Translations under genes and position numbers: made by a program | Shown here: one piece after another, positions 40,568 through 52,000 of the stretch | How the letters are laid out: every line of letters starts with the position of its first letter | Position numbering within the stretch: the first letter of the stretch is position 1 | The notes under the pieces: model-generated | Databases searched by the model: none | The model's input: the letters and a program-made list of their open reading frames with translations, nothing else | Told to the model about the DNA's origin: nothing | Origin: Octopus sinensis | Lineage: Eukaryota | Assembly: GCF_006345805.1 (NCBI RefSeq) | Contig: NC_043010.1 | Span: 17,174,001 to 17,238,000 of the forward strand | Reading direction: 5' to 3' | DNA length: 64,000 nucleotides

Positions 40568-43057
40568 TATGACGGGCTTCTTTCAGATTCCACCTACACT
40601 TCTCCAAAGAGACTGAACCTGGAACCATGAGGTTGGGAAGCAAACTTCTTACCACAGAGCCACGTCTGTGCCTATATAAATATGTGTGCATGTGTGTGTG
40701 TGTGTGTGTGTGCACGCACACCCACACACACATCTTTATATCCAACGTGGATATCTTGTTAGTATGCTGAAAAGAGTCTCTCATATAGACGCATGGTGCA
40801 TAAAAACACAGCCACATAAAGATTGCCATTTGGCATTAATACACCTCCCATCACACTAATAATTATTCATCATCATCATCGTTTAGCGTCCGCTTTCCAT
40901 GCTAGCATGGGTTGGACGGTTCAACTGGGGTCTGGGAAGCCAGAAGGCTGCACCAGGCCTAGTCTGATCTGACAATGTTTCTACAGCTGGATGCTCTTCC
41001 TAACGCCAACCACTCCGTGAGTGTAGTGGGTGCTTTTTACGTGCCACCGGCACAGGTGCCAGACGAGGCTGGCAAACGGCCACGATCAGATGGTGCTTTT
41101 TACGTGCCACCGGCACGGGGGCCAGGCGAGGCTGGCAAACGGCCACGATCGGATGGTGCTTTTTACGTGCCACCGGCACGGGGGCCAGGCGAGGCTGGCA
41201 AACGGCCACGATCGGATGGTGCTTTTTACGTGCCACCGGCACGGGGGCCAGGCGAGGCTGGCAAACGGCCACGATCGGATGGTGCTTTTTACGTGCCACA
41301 GGCACGAAGGCCAGTCGGGGCGGCGCTGGCAACGGCCACGTTCGGATGGTTCTCTTACGCACCACCGGCACTGGTATCACAGCTACAATTTCCATTGATG
41401 TTGATCGATTTCGATTTTGATTTTGATTTTTGTTTATTGATTTTGATTATTATTTAAAAAGCTTGCTGTGATATCAGTGTCTGAAAAGATCCTGATATTC
41501 TATATATCGGTGACAGCACAATTCAGCTGGTATGTGGCCACCAGATGCCTGGCACTGAAGAGATCCAGTAGACCAAAATTATGGGATCTGATTGTTCCGG
41601 TGGCCATATCAGACGATTACCATCTGCTACGATATGTGTCTGTGCTTTTGTGCACCATGCGTCCATATGAGAATATCTTGCAAGGCTAACACTGCAGCCT
41701 TCTGCATTCGAACAAGACAGCCACATTAAGTTGGATATAATGATTACCATTTGCTAAAAATACTGCTTCTGCTGTTAATAATATATATATATATATATAT
41801 ATAATATATATATACACACACATATGACGGGCTTCTTTCAGATTCCACCTACACTTCTCCATAGGGACTGAACCTAGAACCATGTGGTTGGGAAGCGAAC
41901 TTCTTACCACAGAGCCACGTCTGTGCCTATATAAATATGTGTGCATGTGTGTGTGTGCACGCACACCCACACACACACACACATCTTTATATCCAACGTG
42001 GATATCTTGTTAGTATGCTGAAAAGAGTCTCTCATATAGACGCATGGTGCATAAAAACACAGCCACATATCATAGCAGACGAGAAGCTGGACATAAAGAT
42101 TGCCATTTGGCATTAATACACCTCCCATCACACTAATAATTATTCATCATCATCATCGTTTAGCGTCCGCTTTCCATGCTAGCATGGGTTGGATGGTTCA
42201 ACTGGGGTCTGGGAAGCCAGAAGGCTGCACCAGGCCTAGTCTGATCTGACAATGTTTCTACAGCTGGATGCTCTTCCTAACGCCAACCACTCCGTGAGTG
42301 TAGTGGGTGCTTTTTACGTGCCACCGGCACAGGTGCCAGGCGAGGCTGGCAAACGGCCACGATCGGATGGTGCTTTTTACGTGCCACCGGCACGGGGGCC
42401 AGGCGAGGCTGGCAAACGGCCACGATCGGATGGTGCTTTTTACGTGCCACCGGCACGGGGGCCAGGCGAGGCTGGCAAACGGCCACGATCGGATGGTGCT
42501 TTTTACGTGCCACCGGCACGGGGGCCAGGCGAGGCTGGCAAACGGCCACGATCGGATGGTGCTTTTTACGTGCCACAGGCACGAAGGCCAGTCGGGGCGG
42601 CGCTGGCAACGGCCACGTTCGGATGGTTCTCTTACGCACCACCGGCACTGGTATCACAGCTACAATTTCCATTGATGTTGATCGATTTCGATTTTGATTT
42701 TGATTTTTGTTTATTGATTTTGATTATTATTTAAAAAGCTTGCTGTGATATCAGTGTCTGAAAAGATCCTGATATTCTATATATCGGTGACAGCACAATT
42801 CAGCTGGTATGTGGCCACCAGATGCCTGGCACTGAAGAGATCCAGTAGACCAAAATTATGGGATCTGATTGTTCCGGTGGCCATATCAGACGATTACCAT
42901 CTGCTACGATATGTGTCTGTGCTTTTGTGCACCATGCGTCCATATGAGAATATCTTGCAAGGCTAACACTGCAGCCTTCTGCATTCGAACAAGACAGCCA
43001 CATTAAGTTGGATATAATGATTACCATTTGCTAAAAATACTGCTTCTGCTGTTAATA

Positions 43058-43089
<32 letters not shown>

Positions 43090-46000
43090 TATACACACAC
43101 ATATGACGGGCTTCTTTCAGATTCCACCTACACTTCTCCATAGGGACTGAACCTAGAACCATGTGGTTGGGAAGCGAACTTCTTACCACAGAGCCACGTC
43201 TGTGCCTATATAAATATGTGTGCATGTGTGTGTGTGCACGCACACCCACACACACACACACATCTTTATATCCAACGTGGATATCTTGTTAGTATGCTGA
43301 AAAGAGTCTCCCATATAGACGCATGGTGCATAAAAACACAGCCACATATCATAGCAGACGAGAAGCTGGACATAAAGATTGCCATTTGGCATTAATACAC
43401 CTCCCATCACACTAATAATTATTCATCATCATCATCATCGTTTAGCGTCCGCTTTCCATGCTAGCATGGTTTGGACAGTTCAAGTGGTGTCTGGGAAGCC
43501 AGAAGGCTGCACCAAACCCAGTCTGATCTGGCAATGTTTCTACGGCTGGATACTCTTCCTAACGCCAACCACTCCGTGAGTGTAGTGGGTGCTTTTTACG
43601 TGCCACCGGCACGGGGGCCAGGCGAGGCTGGCAAACGGCCACGATCGGATGGTGCTTTTTACGTGCCACAGGCACGAAGGCCAGTCGGGGCGGCGTTGGC
43701 AACGGCCACGTTCGGATGGTTCTCTTACGTACCACCGGCACTGGTATCACAGCTACAATTTCCATTGATGTTGATCGATTTCGATTTTGATTTTTGTTTA
43801 TTGATTTTGATTATTATTTAAAAAGCTTGCTGTGATATCAGTGTCTGAAAAGATCCTGATATTCTATATATCGGTGACAGGACAATTCAGCTGGTATGTG
43901 GCCACCAGATGCCTTGCACTGAAGAGATCCAGTAGACCAAAATTATGGGATCTGATTGTTCCGGTGGCCATATCAGACGATTACCATCTGCTATGATATG
44001 TGTCTGTGCTTTTGTGCACCATGCGTCCATATGAGAATATCTTGCAAGGCTAACACTGCAGCCTTCTGCATTCGAACAAGACAGCCACATTAAGTTGGAT
44101 ATAATGATTACCATTTGCTAAAAATACTGCTTCTGCTGTTAATAATATATATATATATATATATAAAGTTAATCCAAACATGAAAACACAAAGAGAAAAC
44201 ACAACAACGCAAGGATGTGGAACAAGTATAGTATTATTGGACGTTCAGGAAAGAAGGAGGGTTTAATGTTTCGAGCGGAGCTCTTCGTCAGAAACATAGG
44301 AAAAGGAAAGATCCAAAGAAGGGAAGACGGAGGGAAAAAATCGCCAATGGTACGCACGCGGTCACATTTTGAATGATATATATAGTGAGAGAGAGTATTA
44401 AAAGATAGACTAGTTATTGCAAGGTATCATGTCCTAACATATTTATACAGAGGAGAGTACAAAAATATACCTCTATATTTAGCAGAAAACCAAGAGAATC
44501 CACATAATGAAAGTCCATAGTGAATTCACATTGACAGATACATAACCAGGAAATTTAGTTAATAACATCATTGACAATTTAGAGGAGAATTTGAGTAGTC
44601 CTTCATGTTGGTTCAACCTAGCTAGGTAAATAAAGATGCAGGGGATCACTTGTCAAAATGTTGAAATAAGGGAGTGGAAAAAAGCAGATAGTTCTTTACA
44701 GCTGTTTCTGAGTAAGGTGTTCTTTTGAAACAGTCAAGTGCACTGTGCCTGCATATAACATAAGGTAGTTAGGTGCAAGTTACTGTATATGTATCAGCAT
44801 ATGTGTACGTTATGTGAATAGCCTAACCCATCATCAGAAAAGAAACTTCACATAACTTACAGCTTGCACCATTCTATTTTAGGTATATGCAGGCACAATG
44901 CACGTAACTACTTCTGCAGGAATACAGCCAAGTATCTTTCAAATCAAACCCTACTGTTATTTTTAAAATGAAAGGCTGTTTTCAAAAATATTGACGAGAA
45001 TAATCAATATCCGAAGAGTCAAGAGATGAACGTGCCTGGCACACTTTTCATCATGGATTTCTTCCATCAGAGCTGACCTGGGACCAAATAAAAAGAACTG
45101 TAATAGACAAACACCTGCTCCACAAACCAAAGTGAGAACTTCCTGTCTAGCCAAAGAAATGTGAAACAGAAAACAGATAAAGTTTCTAAAACAGCTACAA
45201 AGTTATGAATGCATAAAATACATGAGTTTTTTTAGTTCTTGTTTGTTTTTTTTTTGGTTTTTTCCAGTCATACATTCGCCAATACATTAAACTTTGTTGC
45301 TTCATTGCACCACCACAAATTAGGAAGCAACGTTGTTTTAAGAATTTGGTTGATTAATCTCTGCCACACAATATGTCGACAACAACAATTATTATGATGA
45401 TGATGACGATGACGATGATGATGGTGGTGGTGATGATGATGAATATCTAGTTCATTTTATCATCATGCAGCCTCCACTCTGCATGCTGGCAAAGCCAGAG
45501 AGTTGTGCTGAGCTCCACTGTCTGTTCTGGCATGGTTCCTGTGGCTGGATGCCCTTTCTAATGTTAACCACTTTGCAGAGTGTACTAGGTGCTTTTTTTC
45601 ATTGCACCAGCACCAGTGGGGTCACCAAGTAACTTGCAAGACAAGACAAAGTCCCCCACCACCACCAGTCAAGGGGCAGTAGTATTGAGGGAGGTGGCTT
45701 CGTACCAGTTGATGAAAGGCTGAAAGAATGATAGAGGTATAGAGATAGGTGTCTTGCTGTAGAAAAGATACAAGGACATCCTAGTTGGAGAAGGGAGAGA
45801 GGAGGAGACTTAGAGAGAGTGGGAGGGGAGACAGAGAGGGAGAGAGAGAGAGATAATGGTGCATATATGTATCTGGGCACTATAGATGCTTATAAGTTTC
45901 CAACAGATAAGTCATTGGCTAAGTGCATGCCTGACAACAACAAGGAGTCTGCAACTTGATACCACAAAGGATTATTGAAAAGTCTTGAGCGATCCTTCAG

Positions 46001-49000
46001 TTTAACATTCCAACTTATCTTATATATTACTTTACGTAAAAACAAATATATAGTCAAACCGTCCAACCAATGCCAGCATGGACAACAGACCTTAAATGAT
46101 GATGATGGTGTGTATATATATATATATGATTGATTGATTGATTGATTGATTGATTCTAGTTTCAGCTTATGAGCTGTGGCCATGCTGGGGCACCGCCATT
46201 TGGTGTTGCTACTTGGTTTCACTTCATGGAGGCTTTCTAGCAACTGCTATTTGGTGCATGAGAGAGTTCGATGCAGCTGCCCTCATCTGCCCCTCCTGCC
46301 GTGAAGTTGGTTCATCTGGGACACCTGACAGGAAGAGATCCAGCTCCATTTTAAAGACATCTGTATCCACCCCATGCAGGTCTCTCAGGTTCTTCGGGAG
46401 GATATTGAAGAGCTGTGGGCCTTGGAAGCCCAGGCTATCACAGAATCTTGTCCTACATCTTGATGGCAAGTTTGGAGTCCTAGGCACCACGCAGTGGCGC
46501 CCAGTTCTGGCATTTGCGTAACTCTCGATGCCAAAGTTCAGGACACTTCCCTCCAGGATCTTCCAGATGTATATTATGGCATATCTTTCCAGCCTACGCT
46601 CCAGGGAATATAATTTTAATCTCTTGAGTCTTTCCCAGTAGCTTACATTCTGCATAGAGGCTATCTTCTTCGTGTAGCTTCGTTGGATCGCCTCAAGTTC
46701 TGTGATCAACTTGACACTGGATGGTGACCATAGCTGAGAGCAATAGTCAAAGTGGCTTAGGACAAGTGTCTTCCAGAGGACCATCATGGTTTCTTGTTCT
46801 CTTGTTCTAAAGGTTCTAAGAATCCATCCAGCCAGCCGTCTGCATTTCATTGTCAGTTTAGCAACATGTACATGAAAGGTCGCGTCATCACTCATGTGAA
46901 TACCCAGGTCACGCACTGATTGTGCCTCTGGGATTGCAATCCCTCCGGGTCCAGTGTATTCATTGGGTATTGCATTCAGTTTTGCATGCTGATAGTATAA
47001 AGCTTGAAACTTTTCAGCATTGAACTGCATGCTATTCTTTTCAGCCCACTTGTATATTTCGTCCAGCTCATATTGCAGGTGCTTAGTGTCTTCAGGGTTC
47101 TGTATTGCCTGTGAAACTTTTGTATCATCTGCATAACTTGTGATCGTGGCTCTCCGCGTGGCTGAGGGCATGTCTGAGAGGGCCATTATGAACAGTAGTG
47201 GTCCCAAAACAGTGCCCTGTGGAACACCGCTCACTATTTGCGTGCTAATGGAAGTGGCCCCATTGGCTGCTACCACCTGACTTCTATTCTTCAGAAAGTC
47301 GTGAAGCCATTCTCCTAGTTTTCCAACTATGCCAAGATCACGCAGTTTGTGACATATCATTCCATGATCGACTTTATCGAAGGCCTTTGCGAAGTCGAGA
47401 TATATCACTTCCACATTTGAGTGGTTGAGCAGTTGTTTCAGCACCCAGTCATAGTGCTGCAGGAGCTGAGTTAAGCAGCTTCTTCCTGGTCGGAAACCAT
47501 GTTGGGTGTCGGGCAGCAAGTCATTTTCTTCAAGGAAGGTGACTAGTTTCCTTCTGACTATTCGTTCCATGACCTTGCTGATGTGTGAGGTCAGAGAGAT
47601 AGGTCTGTAGTTCTTGGCCTCCACTCTGCTACCTCCTTTATGAATAGGGCATATTTTACCTTCCTTCAGTTTTCTTGGAAGTTTGCCAGCTGCAAGGAAG
47701 CTCTGAAAGAGGAACTGCAGTGGTCTTGCTAGGACTCTCTTACATACTTTTAGGAGGATTGCCGGGAATCCATCGGGGCCAATAGCTGAGTCTGTTTTCA
47801 TTTCATCTATAGCCTTTATTACATCGTCTTCCTTTATATCGATGTAATTTATCGTCGCCGCCTCTGATTCTATATCTGCAGTGGTAAAGAAGTCAGTTGG
47901 ATTGCTGATTTGGAAATGCCCAAGGGGTGGAGTGAAAACACTCTTGAATTGTTCATTCAGTATTTCACTTACCCTCATTGGTTTTCCTGTGAGTGTGCCA
48001 TCCTTTTCAAGGAGTGGCCCTATCCTACAGTGCACCGTAGCTGTTTCTTTGGCATACCTGTAGAAAGCTCTGGGGTTAGTTTTTATGTTGTCTACAGCCC
48101 AGGCTTCTTTGTCTGCTCTTTCCTTCTCATGGGAGAGTTGCAGACAATTTTCAATTTCCAACAGTTTTATTTTCTTGTGGAAATTTGCTCTGCTTGAGAA
48201 GACATGTAAAGCTAAATAAAATCACATACAGGCAGGTCCTTTACGGCCATGCCCCACCACACACACATAATTCTGTCCTCTATCAAATTCCCCCAAAACC
48301 CATCATCCCAACACCCACCACTATTCTCCTTTACATGCCTATCCGCACACCAACCATACACCCTCCTAGTCACTCCAATTCCTCTCACCATCACTTGCTA
48401 TCTCTAAACATCTTCCCTCACCCTCTTATGGAACATTCCCCTCTGGACTACTTAAAGAACCCCCACCATTACCTATGGACAAGCCCTCTCTCTCATTCCC
48501 ACTTTCTTCTCCTTCCTTGTCCTCAAGTATCTCCTCAATAATATGAGGGCCCTGTCATACTCCCTCCCACAGCCAAGTGGCCATGCAAGCTCATGGATGC
48601 TGGTGCAATGAAAAAGCACCTGTGCCAATGCTACATGGAGAGTATCCATACTGGTGCTACATAAATAGCACCCAAGTCAGTGTCACACAAACAGCACCCA
48701 TGAAAGTGCCACTTCTATGAAGTGGTTGGCATAAGGAAGGGCATCCAACCATAGGAACCATGCCAAATCAGACAAATGGAGCCTGGTGCAGCTCTCTGGC
48801 AGACCAGCTCCTGTTAAACCACTCAACCCATGCCAGCATGGAAAACAGATGATGATGACATATATGAAGGGGTGAGGCTGAAAAGTTCCTATCTTTGGGG
48901 AACAGAAAATACTGGAGGAGGATCAGTTAATTATGATTTTATTCAACGTATTCCCTTCTCAGATTCACACTTATTGCAGTGGTCCTTCCCTTTTTCTAAG

Positions 49001-52000
49001 CCCTGTAAAAGAACTTAGAAGGTTGGACCTCCAACCAGGCCTTTCACGACACCCTTAAAGCCAGGAACTTTTCAACATCCCCTTGTATACATATACGTGT
49101 GTGTGTGTGTGTGTGTATCAGTGTATGTCATCATTGTCATTTAACATCGGTTTTCCATGTTGACATGGGTTTGACAAGGACTTGTAAACTGGAGAACTGC
49201 ACTAAACTCCAGTCATCTGGCTTGGTTTCTATGGCTACATGCCCTTCCAAATGCCAACTACTTTACAGAGTGTATTAGGTATTCTTTCCATGTCACTGGC
49301 ACAGGTGCCTTTCACAGTCCACTGGTAGGGGTGCCTTTTACCTGTAACCCTACAATGACCCCAATTCACTTAGCTTGACAAGTTTTCTCAAGCACAGTAA
49401 ATCACCAAAGCTCTCAGTCACTTGTAATTGCCTCTGTGAGGCTAAACAATCAAAGACCATACTTCACCACCTCATCCCAAATCTTCCTGGATCTCCCCTT
49501 CTACAAGTTCCCTTTATAGTTAGAGATCAGCACTTTTTTACACATCTGTCCTCGTCCAAACACATCACATGACCAGCATAATCCCCTTAACCCTTTCGTT
49601 ACTGTATTTATTTTGAGATGCTCTGTGTTTCAGTTATTTTAAATATAACAAAGAATTTAGTAAAATAACTTAGTTATCATTCAGCTAGTGTTAGGAACCT
49701 AAATTGTGACTAAGGCTTGGTGGAATATTCTAACTCAAAATTTATGAAAAGACATTTTACCACAGAGCCAGAGCCGGTTTTGGCCGGGTTAGAAACAAAA
49801 GGTTTAAACCTAATGTTTCTCTTGAAACACATTCTGTCGCACATCCAGCAAAGCATGCTAGTTTCATTCTTTTCAAGCCTTTACATATCCACAGCCCATG
49901 TTTCACTGCCATGTAGCATGGCTGTTCATAAGCAGGCATCATACAATCTGCTTTTCACTCTGAGGGTGAGGCCCTCTGTTACCAATAAAGATAGAAGCTC
50001 TCTGAACTTTGCCCACCCCATTCTTATATTCTAGCAGCTACACTCTCAGAGCACACTGCTGATTTGATCCCCTAGCTTAATGGAAGAAGCTATCTAATAC
50101 TTCTAAGTATCCTGCTGGGCATTTGACAAAGTCTATTTTCTCCACATTCCTTGTGTTTATTGAACCTGGACATCTGCTAAACACAAAGATTATTTTCCCT
50201 TTTAATCTTCCTCTCAGATTGTTGCACCTCTCATGTGTCCATAGCTTGCACCAGATACATCTCATGGAGTTACTAGCTAAATCTTTTCTACATATCAAGC
50301 AGGGCCATCTCCCTGAAGGGATTTGTGGTTTGTCTGTTTTCCTATTTACTAAGACTTTGGTCTTTGCTAAATTAACTCTAACACCTTTAATTCCAGAACT
50401 TGTATCCACACCTGAAATCTCTTCTCTAGTTCTGGAAGTGATTCAGCTATAAGAACAAGGTAATCAGCATAGAGAAGCTCCCAAGACCAGCCAGTCTTAA
50501 ATTCCTGTTATGATAAACAAAAGGGGGCTGAGAACCAATCCTTGGTGAACTCATACCTGTTCACTGAATTCAACACTATATTCATTACCTACCTTCACCT
50601 TATTGGCAGCATCCCTGTACATCTCTCACCAACTGCTCATCTATCCCTTGCTTACACATTGACCACCAGATAAGGGAGCTGGGGACCCTGTCAAAGGCTT
50701 TCTCCATACAGACAAAGGCCAAGTACAAAGGTTTTTTTTTTTTTGGTTAAATACTTCTCCTTACTTGGAAATGTGTGTGGGTTGGTAATTGGAAAAGCAA
50801 GCATTTCCCTCATACAAACGGTGTCATCGGTTTCCCAACCTCCATGAAAATATGTCTCACCATGGGAAAAGTATTACTTTGCTAGGAAACAGGTAAGGGT
50901 TGACAACCCGAAGGCGTCAGGCCGTAGAAAATGTTCCACAGTGAATTGTCAGAACCATTCAAGCATGGAAAATGGCTATTAAAACGTTGATGATACGTGT
51001 GCATTTAAGGGATCACTGACCAAAAAGATATTATTTAAGAAGTCGGTGCCTTTTAACTTTAGAGAATCTTTAAAAGTAAAACAATTGTGATAAGTAGCTT
51101 GCTTACCGACCACATGGTTCAGGGTTCAGTCCCACTACGTGGCACCTTGGGCAAGTGTCTTCTACTATAGCATCGGGTCGACCAAAGCCTTGTGAGTGGA
51201 TTTGGTAGGCGGAAACTAAAAGAAACCCGTCGTATATATGTATATGTATGCATGTTTGTGTGTCTGCGTTTGTCCTCCCCAACATCGCTTGACAACCGAT
51301 GCTGGTGTGTTTACGTCCCCGTAACTTAGCGGTTCGGCAAAAGAGACCGATAGAATAAGTACTAGGCTTACAAAGAATAAGTCCTGGGGTCGATTTGCTC
51401 GACTGAAGGTGGTGCTCTAGCATGGCCACAGTCAAATGACTGAAACAAGTAAAAAAAGAGAGTATAATAACACTGAATGAGTGTCCTTATCTTAGTTGTT
51501 ACCGACACGATGTCTTTGGTTGTTCCGCTTATGTGTTCAATAACGTTCCCAAAACTTTGATCCACGGAGGCGACTATTGCCATTTTGTTGTCCATAACAG
51601 AATATTGCTCCTATTAGTTACTCTTCTAGTTTGGGTGTTGCTTGCTCGTTCTGCTTTTACCTAAATATATACTGATTCACCCAAGAATTGAACTCGAGAC
51701 TACTACCTAAACAACTACGATAAACAGTTCATCAACGCTTATATCCGCCATCCCAATGTCCATCCCCGTCTCTCTAAATTTTTTATATCCTTGAGGAATT
51801 CATTTATTCTTGCATCAAATTTATGATCTTGTATGAAATTTTCATTTCGAACGCATTCACCTTTCTATTTCCTGCAAATTCTATCCTCGGCCTGTCTTCA
51901 TTACTCCATCAGTTGTTTCGTCCCACAAGAAATATTCTTGAAGTGGGTCGTTCTTCGAAATACTTATTCTTGCATTTATTTTCTAGGATCTTTTGCCTTA

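Noticed and set aside
41030-41340. Regular 60-bp repeats resembling a CRISPR array (also the 48-bp array at 7205-7495)
   Set aside because: Units are contiguous with no unique spacers, there are no cas genes, and the context is a eukaryotic intron; these are minisatellites.
40975-42734. Repetitive 160-aa ORFs ([21 protein letters not shown])n
   Set aside because: They arise from the RTE 3'-UTR VNTR whose 60-bp unit is a multiple of 3; no evidence of a protein gene.
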